Source: an uncultured bacterium (GTDB taxonomy: Bacteria > Verrucomicrobiota > Verrucomicrobiia > Limisphaerales > UBA8199). From it: 64,000 nt of DNA. The stretch lies in the NCBI GenBank assembly GCA_963749495.1, contig CAVVMW010000021.1, positions 448,001 through 512,000 on the forward strand, given 5' to 3'. The notes below the pieces were generated by a model that worked only from the letters and a program-made list of their open reading frames with translations, ran no database searches and had not been told where the DNA came from. Shown here in pieces: positions 34,145 through 44,638 of this stretch (its first letter is position 1; each line of letters opens with the position of its first letter). Position numbers and translations under genes: made by a program.

Positions 34145-35095
34145 ATGTCCAAACACAATCAGATTATGTCCAACACCATCTCGGCCAGCCATTGCGCCAC
34201 TGGCCCTTTTAGCCTCGTTGTCCCCCACCGCCGCCTCTCTGCCAGCGCCGGCTGCGTCCTCGCTGCGCTGGGCCTGTGTCTGCTGTTTTCGACAGCAGGG
34301 CTGGTGCGCGGCGCGGAATGGAAGCTGGTTTGGTCCGACGAGTTCGACAAGCCGGGCCTTCCCGACCCGGCAAAGTGGAGCTACGAGACGGGCTTTGTCC
34401 GCAACAACGAGGCCCAGTATTACACGCGCGAGCGAAGCGAGAATGCGCGGGTCGAAGATGGGATGCTGATCATCGAGGCCCGCAAGGAGCAGTTCAAGAA
34501 CCCCGATTACGACCCCGGCGCCTCCGGCCAGGGCAAGGGGCAAGGCCGCCGCGGGCGCGAGTTTGCCCAATACACCTCCGCCAGCCTCACCACGCGCGGC
34601 AAGGCAAGCTGGCCCCACGGACGCGTCGAGGTGCGCGCCAAACTCCCTCAAGGCCGCGGCACCTGGCCCGCCATCTGGATGCTCGGCACCAACCGGGCGG
34701 CAGGCTGGCCCGCCTGCGGCGAGATCGATATCATGGAGGAGGTCGGATACGCGCCGGGAATCATCGAAGCCCACGTCCACACCGCAAAATACAACCATGT
34801 CAAAGGAACCAGCAAAGGCGACCGCATTACCATCCCTGACGCCTCGGAGGCCTTCCACGTCTATGCCGTCGAGTGGAACAAGGACCAGATGGACTTCTTC
34901 GTCGATGACCGAAAATACTTCACTTATCGCAACGAGGGCAGCGGCCCCGAGGCCTGGCCCTTCGACACCGGCCAATACCTCATCCTCAACCTGGCCATCG
35001 GCGGCTCCTGGGGCGGCGCCAAGGGGATCGACGACGCCATCTTCCCGCAGCGATACTACATCGACTACGTCAGGGTGTACCAGCGAGGCAATTAA
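34145..35095 (+). CDS. Glycoside hydrolase family 16 (laminarinase-like)
   Basis: WSDEF, NNEAQYY, WPAIWML, WPACGEIDIME catalytic motif, FHVYAVEW, IDYVRVYQ. Confidence 0.93.
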   Translation: MSKHNQIMSNTISASHCATGPFSLVVPHRRLSASAGCVLAALGLCLLFSTAGLVRGAEWKLVWSDEFDKPGLPDPAKWSYETGFVRNNEAQYYTRERSENARVEDGMLIIEARKEQFKNPDYDPGASGQGKGQGRRGREFAQYTSASLTTRGKASWPHGRVEVRAKLPQGRGTWPAIWMLGTNRAAGWPACGEIDIMEEVGYAPGIIEAHVHTAKYNHVKGTSKGDRITIPDASEAFHVYAVEWNKDQMDFFVDDRKYFTYRNEGSGPEAWPFDTGQYLILNLAIGGSWGGAKGIDDAIFPQRYYIDYVRVYQRGN

Positions 35096-37101
35096 TCACT
35101 CAGGCCAGCGCACTCGGTAAAAACGCGCCGCGGTGCCCGTCGGTACGGCGTCACAAAAATGCAGCAGGCCGTTGGCAAGCGTCGTGATCCCGAGGGGAGT
35201 CCAGGTACCCTTGGAAAAATCCGGCGAGGCCTCCACCTGAACTGGCATGCCTGGAGCCCCCACAACGTCGAACGCAATCTGTCCGGTGCCTATCACTGGC
35301 CGTCTAATAGCGGCATTCCACACAACGGCTGGACGGTCAGCCAAACTTGCTCCCCAGCCACTGGAGCCCGGCAAGCAATATACCGTCACACTTGAATTAA
35401 ATACATTCCGCCCCGTGGTTGGAGCAGCCCCTCGGAACAGCACATACTCGAGATTGGTGCAGGCTGAAAATGCATAGTCGGCCACATGCGTCACAGTCGC
35501 TGGCATAACATAGCCCCGGAGCCCCCATCCGGACACACAATCAACACGCTCCGGTCCTTGTTGTACAGCACACCATTGAGGCTGCTGTACGCGGGGTTCC
35601 CGGGATCAACATCAATGGCTCCCAAGCTGGCGCAGCCGTAAAACGCCCAATTCCCCACGCTCACGACCGTGCTCGAAATCGCAGCGCTGGCAAGACCAAG
35701 ACAACAACTAAAAGCCCAATCTCCGATGCTAACGACGCCCTCGGGTATCGTCACCGAAGCCAGGCTGATACACTGCTCGAACGCATCCGCTCCGATGTTC
35801 GTCACAGTGTTAGGTATGGCGATATTGGTCAGGCTGGCGCACGACGCGAAGGCCCAGTTCCCGATACTGCTGATCCCGCTTGAAATCGTCACGCTGGATA
35901 AGCTGGCACATCCAATGAAGGCCTGGTCCCCAATGGCGACGACTGGCATGCTGTTGATGACATTTGGAATGCCAAGAACCCCGCCAGGGCCCTCGTAACC
36001 GGTAATGGTAACCGTGTTGCCATTGGTGACGTAAGTGAAATCATTCCACGGTGGCACGACGACGGTCAGGGTCGCAACCTGGCTCGTGGCGCTTCCGAGA
36101 AAGTTGCTCAAGACCACGGAGTAATCGCCGCCATCCGTTGCGTGGACGTTCGCTATGGTGAAAGTTGCGTTCGTCGCTCCCGCTATGGCCGTTTCGCCCT
36201 GATACCATTGGTAGCTGCTCTGGGGATTTTGGCTTGCCTGCACGGTGAAACTGACTGTTGACTTTGTATCCGTTGTCACGCCCTGAGGCTGAGTAGTGAT
36301 ATGAGGAGGAATCAGGTTTGAAAGTTGAGTAGGGCGTCCGCCGAAGATGGATGACCAGCCGGTGGCTCCAGGCATATAATAGATTGTCGCATTATAGTCA
36401 AAGCCAAGAACCGAAGTGTATGAACCGAGAGAAGGTGCATTGCCCAGGAAGAAAATGGTGGTCAGGCTGCCGCAATTGTAGAAGGCCTCGTCCGCGAGGC
36501 TTGTGACGGCGCTTGGTATTATGACGTTGGTCAAGCTCGAACAATTACAGAACGCATCGGCGGCAATATTGGTTACGGTGCAGGGGATATTGGCGTTGGT
36601 TAGGCTGCTGCACGAGGAGAAAGCGGCATAAGGTATGGTTGTAATGCCGTTGGGGAGGATGGCGTTGTGCAGACTAGTGCAGAGCGCAAACAGGTTTTGC
36701 CCCAGGTTTGTAACGCTGTTGGGGATGGTGATCTCGCCGAGGGCCGCGCAACTGGCGAAGGCGTATGCGCCGATGCTCGTGACGCTGTTCGGCATGGTGA
36801 TGTTGGTCAGGTTTCCGCAAGAGAAGAAGGCATCGTCCCCGATGCTGCAAATGTTGGTACAGAGTATTATATCGCACACGGACGTGCAAAAGCTGAGGGC
36901 CGAGGGGCCTATGCTGGTCACAGGAATGCCATCAATGGTGTCTGGGATTGTGACTACCGGGCTAAGGCCAACATAGTTGAGAATGCTGATGGAGCTGCCG
37001 CTGTTGGTGTACTCAAGGTCCTCATAGTATTGCTGGCCGTGCGCCACTAATCGCGGTGACAGAATAAGGAGCCACATTATTGCGATTCGTATGTGTTTCA
37101 T
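35096..37101 (-). CDS. BspA-type leucine-rich repeat surface protein with Ig domain and C-terminal domain; frameshift near 35520
   Basis: LTNITMPNSVTSIG.YAF..C repeats; joins ORF 35096..35536; ends ARFYRVRWPE. Confidence 0.82.
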
Positions 37102-37472
37102 ATGTTGTCGCGAGTACCTGCGTGAGCATGACAACAATTGCCATGGCAGTGTCCCGCATTCCGAGGCATTTCGCATGTTCGATGATTCTCCGGTCACAGG
37201 CGAAGTGGCCGGTGTGTGTCAGTTGCCCAATAGGGCCGCCCAAGTCTTTATCGCTGAAGCAGGTGCCGTGCCAGGCAAGACGATTTGGCGGTTCCTGGTT
37301 ACGTTAGGGTCTCCCTGTATTACGGCTCAGACCGTTGCCGGCCCTGCTGGATATACGCCTCATGTCTCGTTTTGAGACACTGCCTGCTGAGGCCGATTAC
37401 TGGGACGAATCACACACCAGGCATTAAAGCACTTTCCGCTCGGAAGTCAATCTGGCGAAATCGCCGAACTGC

Positions 37473-39254
37473 CTACCTTCCCATGCTCGCGCGCACCAAC
37501 TCCGGCAGGCACTTCACTGGCACGGGGCCCTGGGCTAGAACGGCCTCGTGATAGCGGCCCAGTTGGAACTTATCGCCCAGCTCGCGCTGGACCGCCTGGC
37601 GCAGCCGGTAATGGGCCATGCGGCCGACGAAGTAGGTCGAGAGCTGGACCGAGCTTTGCTTGGCGCGGAGGATCTTGAGGCGGGCCTCGCCCTCGGATTG
37701 ATAGGCCTGGTCGGTCAGGAAGCTGAGGGCCTCCTCGTCGGTCATGGCGTCGCAGTGCATCCGGTGGTCGAGGATGGTGTTGCCAACGGCGCGGAGATAG
37801 AACTTGAGCTGGTTGAGCCGCAGGGGCAGGTCGCCCTGGCCGTAGCCCTGGTCGAGCATCATCTGTTCGGTATAGACCGCCCAGCCTTCGACATAGGCGC
37901 CGGACTGGAGCACGCGCCGGATTTGGGATGGGACCCGGTTGGCGTATTCGAGTTGGACGTAATGCCCGGGGAAGGCCTCGTGGAGGGTGAGGATCTGGAG
38001 CATGCTGCGGTTGTACTCCTCGAAGTAGCTCTTGACCTGCCGGGCATCCCAATCCCGGGGCGGGGGGCTGACGGCGAAATAACCGGCCGCCTTGGGGTCG
38101 AGCGGCGGGGCCGCGTTCATGTAAGCGGTGGAATTGCCCCGCTTGAACTCCGGCATCTCGACAATCCGGCACGTGTCCGGCTCGGGCAGCCGCACGATGT
38201 CGCGCTCCGCGATGAAGCGCCGGATCTCCGCCACCGTCTGCTCTGCGTCGCGCACCAGCGTCTCCGGCGTCCCGTGATCCAGGGCGATGCACCCGAGCAC
38301 CTGCTGGATGGCTGCCCGGCGGCCCGCCGCGTCGTCCGGCGGCAACGCCTGGCGCGGGAAGTAGCGGCTCCACAATTGCCGCGCCACCACGTACATCTCC
38401 CGCTGCACCCGGTCGAATTCCGCCTGCGCGTCGGCCTGGACCTCATCCGCGTTCCGACCGGCATCCAGCTCCAGCTCCAGCTTGCGGTAGAACCGCTCCT
38501 TGCCCAGCCGCCACTGGCCGTTGGCGCGGGGCAGGAGTTCCTGTTCGAGGAATTTCTGATAATCCTTGAGGCAGCCGGCCACGCGGGCGGCGGCTGCCTC
38601 CAGCGCGGGCAATTGGGGAGTCTGGCCCGCAAGTTCAAAGAGGGTCCGCTCGTAAAACCCGATGGCGCCCTGGTTCTGGCGAATGGCGGTCTCGAGCAGG
38701 GCGCGCGGGGGGTTGCGGATGTTCTCCCTGGCGGCCGCCACCACGCGCGGGATAAGCGCCATCCGCGCCAGGCAGTTCGAGATATTGGTCTCCGGCGGCT
38801 GCGTGGATTGCGTCAGCAACAGATAGACGCTGTCGCTGATGTAATCACTATAGACGCGCGGGTCTTCCTCGAACGGGTGTGTGTTCTCGTCCAGCCAGAG
38901 CGCATAGGCCAGGTGGTGCTGGAGGATCTCGAAATCGATCTGGCCCGCGCGCGACAACTGGGCATAGTCCACCTGGCGCGGCAGGGCCTCCAGGGTGTGG
39001 CGCGTCTGGGCGGTCCAGGCCCGGCGCGAGGCCGGCGCGAGGTCCTCCAGCAGGCGGTCGAAGCGATGGTCACCCAGGCGCGTCGCCTCCAGCGGTTGCC
39101 GAAGGAATTGCTCCTCGAGGTGCTGCTTGAAAAAGGCCTCGAGCTTGGCGTCCTGTTCCTGGGCAGGCGCGCACGCCAGGCCGCCGGTCAATGCGCAGAC
39201 GGCTGCCATAACTAAGTGTATCCGATTCTGGAATCTCGACAATGGGCCTTTCAT
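37473..39254 (-). CDS. DUF885 family protein
   Basis: HEAFPGHYVQ, YVEGWAVYTE, QLSTYFVG motifs; start at MKGPLS chosen (upstream extension runs through a REP). Confidence 0.88.
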   Translation of the reverse strand: MKGPLSRFQNRIHLVMAAVCALTGGLACAPAQEQDAKLEAFFKQHLEEQFLRQPLEATRLGDHRFDRLLEDLAPASRRAWTAQTRHTLEALPRQVDYAQLSRAGQIDFEILQHHLAYALWLDENTHPFEEDPRVYSDYISDSVYLLLTQSTQPPETNISNCLARMALIPRVVAAARENIRNPPRALLETAIRQNQGAIGFYERTLFELAGQTPQLPALEAAAARVAGCLKDYQKFLEQELLPRANGQWRLGKERFYRKLELELDAGRNADEVQADAQAEFDRVQREMYVVARQLWSRYFPRQALPPDDAAGRRAAIQQVLGCIALDHGTPETLVRDAEQTVAEIRRFIAERDIVRLPEPDTCRIVEMPEFKRGNSTAYMNAAPPLDPKAAGYFAVSPPPRDWDARQVKSYFEEYNRSMLQILTLHEAFPGHYVQLEYANRVPSQIRRVLQSGAYVEGWAVYTEQMMLDQGYGQGDLPLRLNQLKFYLRAVGNTILDHRMHCDAMTDEEALSFLTDQAYQSEGEARLKILRAKQSSVQLSTYFVGRMAHYRLRQAVQRELGDKFQLGRYHEAVLAQGPVPVKCLPELVRASMGR

Positions 39255-39359
39255 GGAATCCGCCCCCATCATGCGCGGAAACCCGGATCGCGTCACGCCG
39301 AAAAGGACGAGGGCAGAATCATGGAAAGCCTCCAACATTTGGAGATCGCACATTGGGAC

Positions 39360-39503
39360 CATGAACCGGCCGGTGTTGGGCGGCGGAAGCCGCGAAGCGT
39401 TTTGGACTGCGGCAGTCCTCTGCCGCTTTCGCGTCCCCACGGTCCAAATAGCGGCAGAGGACTGCCGCAGTCCAAAACCTTGCGGGCTCGGGATCGGTTC
39501 ATG
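39360..39503. repeat. REP/MITE-like family A copy 4
   Basis: CATGAACCGG ... TTTTGGACTGCGGCAGTCCTCTGCCGCT ... AGCGGCAGAGGACTGCCGCAGTCCAAAA ... CGGTTCATG. Confidence 0.85.
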
Positions 39504-39632
39504 GAGAGAAAAGGACTCTTTTTCCTTAATGATTCTGTCAACAATGATTCTGCCTGTTCTCAGAGGTTCTCCCGCCGCGTTTTCAGACAAAACATTTTGC
39601 CTTTTGTCCAGGGGTTTTGCTAGCGTTGGACC

Positions 39633-41003
39633 ATGTCGAAACACAAATCGCCTCCGTCGAACTCCAAACCCCACCCTTCACATCCTGCGGCTGCCCATCG
39701 CAGCGCGCTGAGCCGCCGGCAGTTCCTGGGGCGCGCCGCCCTGGCCGGCGGCGTGCTGGCGGCGCCGGTCCTGATTCCGGGCTCGGCCCTGGGGCTCAAC
39801 GGCGCGGTTGCGCCCAGCGAGCGCATCGTGCTGGGCGGAATGGGCGTGGGCAACCGTGGGTCCGACAACCTGCGCTGGATGCTCCCGGAACGGGACGTGC
39901 AGTTCGTGGCGATCTGCGACGCCAAAAAGGCGCAGCGCCAGGCCGTAAAGCGAATCGTCAACAGCAAATACGGCAACAACGATTGCGCCATGTACCGGGA
40001 CATGCGCGAGTTCCTGGCGGTGCGCACGGACATCAATGCCCTGCTCATCGCCACGGGAGACCGCTGGCACGCCACGGCCTCGGTCATGGCCATGCGCGCC
40101 GGCAAAGATGTCTATTCCGAGAAGCCCTCCGCGATGACGATAGCCGAGGGCCGCGCGGTGGTCGAGACCGCCCGCCGTTACGGCCGCGTCTATCAAACGG
40201 GCACGCAGCGCCTCAGCGAGGACAACTTCACCTTCGCCAACGAACTGCTGCGCACCGGCCGCCTGGGCAAGATTCACACCGTGTACGCTCACATCGCCCC
40301 TTGGGACGCCGCCGAGATGCGGCACGACTGGCTGCCCGGGCAACCCAAGCCGCCCAGGGACGAAGTGGACTGGGACCAATGGCTGGGCCCCTGTCCCTGG
40401 CGGCCGTTTAACGGCGAGTACATCGGCGGCGGCTGGCGCGGCTATTACGATTTCCACACCAGTTGCATTGGCGAGTGGGGCGCCCACACCTTCGCCCAAT
40501 GCCAGGTTGCCATCGGCGCCGCCGACACCTCTGGCGTCGAGTACTCCTACGTGGCCAATCCCACCGGCGACGGCATGGTCGTGCGCTTTGCCAACGGCAT
40601 CAAAATGGTCCTCTCCCGCGGCGACAAATGGTGGCACGGCTCTTGTGGCGTCCGCTACGAGGGCACCGAAGGCTGGGTGTCCATCGCCGACGGCTATGCC
40701 AGACCCAAGGTCTCCGACCCGGCCCTCCTGGCCGATTTCTCCAAGCTGGTCGACGACTACATCGCCCGCACCCGCCGGCCTATGAGCCATGTCCGCGATT
40801 TGTTCGACTGCATCAAGTCCCGCCGCCTGACCGTTGCCAACCCGGTCGTCATGCACCGCTCCATGTCCACCGTTCATGCCGCCAACATCTGCATGTGGCT
40901 CAAACGCGACATGAAATACGACCCGCTCAAAGAGGAGTTCATCAACGACCCGGAGGCCAACCGCCTCCGCTCCCGCGCCATGCGCGAACCGTGGATCATC
41001 TGA
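39633..41003 (+). CDS. Tat-exported Gfo/Idh/MocA-family oxidoreductase
   Basis: SRRQFLG; GVGNRG; IATGDRWH; YSEKP; QTGTQR; WGAH. Confidence 0.92.
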   Translation: MSKHKSPPSNSKPHPSHPAAAHRSALSRRQFLGRAALAGGVLAAPVLIPGSALGLNGAVAPSERIVLGGMGVGNRGSDNLRWMLPERDVQFVAICDAKKAQRQAVKRIVNSKYGNNDCAMYRDMREFLAVRTDINALLIATGDRWHATASVMAMRAGKDVYSEKPSAMTIAEGRAVVETARRYGRVYQTGTQRLSEDNFTFANELLRTGRLGKIHTVYAHIAPWDAAEMRHDWLPGQPKPPRDEVDWDQWLGPCPWRPFNGEYIGGGWRGYYDFHTSCIGEWGAHTFAQCQVAIGAADTSGVEYSYVANPTGDGMVVRFANGIKMVLSRGDKWWHGSCGVRYEGTEGWVSIADGYARPKVSDPALLADFSKLVDDYIARTRRPMSHVRDLFDCIKSRRLTVANPVVMHRSMSTVHAANICMWLKRDMKYDPLKEEFINDPEANRLRSRAMREPWII

Positions 41004-41062
41004 ACCGCACCCCTCAACCCCGGACCATCCCATTGAACTCCAACTCCAAACCCCTTAATCCC

Positions 41063-43042
41063 ATGCCAACATCCTCGACTCAATTCTCAATTTCATCCGT
41101 TTTGGCCGCCCTGCTCTGCCTCGTCGCCCCGGACCTCTCCGGCGCCTCCGCCGACTCCGCCTCCAGCGGCCAGGAGGATACACTCATCGCCGTCCTCAAG
41201 TCCGACGCCGCGCAAAAGCAAAAGGCCGATGCCTGCCGCGAACTGGCCCGGGTCGGAACCAAGGACGCCGTCGCCGCGCTGGCCGCGCTGCTGGACGACG
41301 AGAAACTCTCTCACATGGCCCGCTACGGGCTGGAGACCATTGCCGACACGTCGGTCGATCAGGCCCTGCGCGATGCCCTGGGCCGGCTCCATGGCCGCCT
41401 GCTGGTCGGGGTCATCGGCAGCATCGGTGTCCGCCGCGACCCGGAGGCGGTCAAGGCCCTGTCGGACCTCCTCCGCGATGCCGATGCCGGCGTTGCTCAG
41501 GCCGCCGCCAAGGCCCTGGGCAGGATAGCCACCTTCCCCGCCGCCCAGGCGCTCGAGACCGCTCTCCGCAACGCCCCCGCCACCAACCAGTTGGCCTTCT
41601 GCGAGGGCCTCTTCCGTTGCGCCGAGGGCCTTTCAACCAAGGGCGGCACCGGCCAGGCCACCGCCATTTACGATCACTTGCGTTCGCTCCCACTCCCCCA
41701 CCAGGCCCGCGCGGCCGCCCTGCGTGGCGCCGTTCTCACCCGCCGCGAGGCCGGCCTGCCTCTGCTGCTCGAGGCCATCCGCAGCAACGACTTTTCCATC
41801 TTCGCCGCCGCCGCCCGCATCTCGCACGAATTGCCCGGCTCCCGCGTGACCCTGTCCCTGGCGGGTGAACTGGAGAAGGCCCCCGCCGACCGCCAGATCC
41901 TGCTCATCCAGACCCTGGGCTGGCGCGCGGATACCCACGCCCTGCCCTCCTTGGCCCACGTCGCCCGGAACGGCGAGCAGTCGGTCCGCATTGCAGCCAT
42001 CCGCGGCCTTGCCGAGATGGAGGCCGCCGCTGGCGTCCCGGTGCTGGTGCAACTCCTGGACGATGCCGACCGCGCCATCGCCCAAGCGGCCCAGCAAGCC
42101 CTGGCCGGGTTGCAGGGCAAAGAGGCCGATCGCGCCGTCATGGCCCTCCTGGCCCGTCCGGAGCCCAACAAACGCATCACCGGCATCGATCTCATCGTCC
42201 GCCGCCGCATGACCTCAGCCGTGCCGGACCTGCTCAAGGCAGCGCAAGACGCCGATGACACTGTCCGCCTCGCTGCCATGAAGAGACTGGGCCTGCTGGC
42301 CGGGGCGGGCGATCTGCCCGCGCTCCTGGACCTCCTGGCCAAAGCCAGGGAGGGCGAGGACCTCGATGCAGCCGAGCAGGCCCTCAACACGCTTTGCACC
42401 AGGACTCCGGAGCGCGAGGCCTGCGCCGGGAAAATCGCCGCCTGCCTGCCTCAAGCCAAGCCCGCCCAAAAATGCGCTCTGCTCCGGGTGCTGTCGTCCG
42501 CCGGTGGGGCCAATGCCCTCAAGTGCGTGCGCGCTGCTGTCAGCGAAACCGAGCCTCAGGTCCATGCCGCCGCCATCCGCGCCCTGGCCGGGTGGAACAC
42601 TGCCGAGGCGGCCCCGGACCTCCTCGAGCTGGCTCGAAACAGCGGCGCTGCCGCCGACAAACTCCTCTGCCTCCGAGCCTACCTCGGTTTCGCGCGCCAG
42701 CTCAACGTCCCGGCTCCTGAGCGCCTGACCATGTGCCGCAACGCCGCCGGCCTGGTCCAAAGCGACGACGAGAAGAGGCTCCTGCTCGCCGCTCTGGGCG
42801 CCGTCGAATCCACCGATTCGCTCGCCCTCATCCAGCCCTACCTGGACGATGCCGCAGCAAAGGAAGAGGCCGCCAATGCCGTCGTCAGCATCGCCGCCAA
42901 GCTCCTGGAAGGCAACCAGGCGGCCGCCCTCGCGCCTAAACTGGTCGAACCTCTCGACAAAGCCGCCCGTGTCACCACCAACACCCAACTCGCCACGCGC
43001 GCCAAGTCCCTCCTCGACCAGGCCCGCGCAAAGGCAAAGTGA
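41063..43042 (+). CDS. Secreted HEAT-repeat protein
   Basis: Signal peptide, then ALAALLDDE..MARYGLE, VAQAAAKALG, VRIAAIRGL, VHAAAIRAL repeats. Confidence 0.85.
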   Translation: MPTSSTQFSISSVLAALLCLVAPDLSGASADSASSGQEDTLIAVLKSDAAQKQKADACRELARVGTKDAVAALAALLDDEKLSHMARYGLETIADTSVDQALRDALGRLHGRLLVGVIGSIGVRRDPEAVKALSDLLRDADAGVAQAAAKALGRIATFPAAQALETALRNAPATNQLAFCEGLFRCAEGLSTKGGTGQATAIYDHLRSLPLPHQARAAALRGAVLTRREAGLPLLLEAIRSNDFSIFAAAARISHELPGSRVTLSLAGELEKAPADRQILLIQTLGWRADTHALPSLAHVARNGEQSVRIAAIRGLAEMEAAAGVPVLVQLLDDADRAIAQAAQQALAGLQGKEADRAVMALLARPEPNKRITGIDLIVRRRMTSAVPDLLKAAQDADDTVRLAAMKRLGLLAGAGDLPALLDLLAKAREGEDLDAAEQALNTLCTRTPEREACAGKIAACLPQAKPAQKCALLRVLSSAGGANALKCVRAAVSETEPQVHAAAIRALAGWNTAEAAPDLLELARNSGAAADKLLCLRAYLGFARQLNVPAPERLTMCRNAAGLVQSDDEKRLLLAALGAVESTDSLALIQPYLDDAAAKEEAANAVVSIAAKLLEGNQAAALAPKLVEPLDKAARVTTNTQLATRAKSLLDQARAKAK

Positions 43043-43093
43043 ATCTTACCAAATGGTTGACTCTGCTCTGGAGGCATGTTCATTCTACCCGCC

Positions 43094-44281
43094 ATGAAAA
43101 TTCGCTCAACCTTTGCAGCCATTGGCACCTTTTCAGTCGTGGCCTCGACCGCCCTGGCGGCGGCCTCCGGCCCGAGATTTTACGGCAACGCCCCGGACGA
43201 CCACCATCCCTGGGCCGTTCACGACCCTAATCGGCCGCAGCCCGCGACCGTTGTGCCCGGCACCTTCAGCACGCTCGAGCAGCCTGGCAAACCGCCCTCC
43301 GACGCCGTCATCCTGTTCGACGGCACGGACCTCTCGAAATGGGAGTCCAGCAACGGCGGGCCCGCCAAGTGGGCCGTCAAAGACGGCATCATGGAGGTCG
43401 TCCCTCGCAGTGGCGAGATCCGCACCAAAGAGAAGTTTGGCGACTGCCAGCTCCATGTCGAATGGGCGGCGCCCAGAGAGGTCAAGGGCCACAGCCAGGA
43501 GCGCGGCAACAGCGGCGTCTTCCTGATGGGCATCGTGGAAATCCAAGTGCTCGACTCCTACAACAATGTCACCTACGCCGACGGCCATGCCGCCTCGGTC
43601 TATGGCGTCAACCCGCCCCTGGTCCTGCCGGTGCAGCCGCCGGGCGAATTCCAGGTCTATGACATCGTCTTCCGCCACCCGATTTACAAGGGCGGCCAGC
43701 AGGTTGACCCGGGCCATGTCACGGTCTTCGTCAACGGCGTCCTGGTCCAGGACCATACCGCCCTGGAGGGCCCCACCGGCCACATGACGCGCTCCAGGCC
43801 CCGGCCCTTCCCGGAAACAGGCCCCTTGGCCTTGCAGGACCACGGCAATCCCATGCGCTTCCGCAATATCTGGTATCGCCCGCTGCCGCCCAATTCCATT
43901 GAAGGCGGCACCGACGGCTACCTGACCACCGAGGCCACCATGGCCAAACGCAAGGAGCTAGCCACCTCCATCCGTCAGGATGCCGGCCAACTCGCCGACC
44001 CCAATCACCCCCTGAACGAAATGCTCCGCCGCATGGAATCCCTCGAATACGAGAAAGACGACGCCACCCTCCAAAAGGTCCAGGAAATGGCCGCCAAATA
44101 CGTCGACGACCTCAAGCAACTCTCTACCGCCCAACTCGACGCCCGCAAAGACGAGGTCCGCCAGGTGGACGGCGCCTTCAGGTTCCTGCTCCGTTTCAAG
44201 GCCATCTCCGCCGACTTCGCTCCGGCTGCCGACCTCAACAAACTCGTCAAGGCCCAGAATTGGGACAGGAAAAAGAAGTAG
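43094..44281 (+). CDS. DUF1080 (3-keto-glycoside lyase-like) protein with helical C-terminal extension
   Basis: LFDGTDLSKW, FGDCQLHVEW, GNSGVF, EIQVLD, LQDHGNPMRFRNIW. Confidence 0.9.
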   Translation: MKIRSTFAAIGTFSVVASTALAAASGPRFYGNAPDDHHPWAVHDPNRPQPATVVPGTFSTLEQPGKPPSDAVILFDGTDLSKWESSNGGPAKWAVKDGIMEVVPRSGEIRTKEKFGDCQLHVEWAAPREVKGHSQERGNSGVFLMGIVEIQVLDSYNNVTYADGHAASVYGVNPPLVLPVQPPGEFQVYDIVFRHPIYKGGQQVDPGHVTVFVNGVLVQDHTALEGPTGHMTRSRPRPFPETGPLALQDHGNPMRFRNIWYRPLPPNSIEGGTDGYLTTEATMAKRKELATSIRQDAGQLADPNHPLNEMLRRMESLEYEKDDATLQKVQEMAAKYVDDLKQLSTAQLDARKDEVRQVDGAFRFLLRFKAISADFAPAADLNKLVKAQNWDRKKK

Positions 44282-44309
44282 GCCCTTGCCAGTGATCGGT
44301 CGCCGCTTG

Positions 44310-44471
44310 CCCCTCACCCCGGCCCTCTCCCGCCCATGCGAGCATGGGCGGGGTGGGGCGAGGGAGGATCCACGCTCGTCGGTCGAAGACTCGGAGCGCG
44401 TAGGAGCTTGTGAGACCCATGCCTTGCTGCACCCTCTCCCCATCCGATGGGGAGAGGGCCGGGGTGAGGGG
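44310..44471. repeat. REP-like palindrome (CCCTCACCCCGGCCCTCTCCC ... GGGAGAGGGCCGGGGTGAGGG), followed by ATTTTCA x4 near 44531-44560
   Basis: Direct reading of the inverted repeat and heptamer tract. Confidence 0.8.
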
Positions 44472-44638
44472 AAGACGGCGAGCGAACGAAAGCAGTTGCC
44501 AAGAACTCATCTGCGCCCCCTGTGGGGCCAATTTTCAATTTTCAATTTTCAATTTTCAATTCGCTGTCCGGGGTCGTTATGCCCGCGCATGACCTCCAAG
44601 ACGTGGCTTCTCCGCGCACTCCCCCGCTCTCACGCTCC

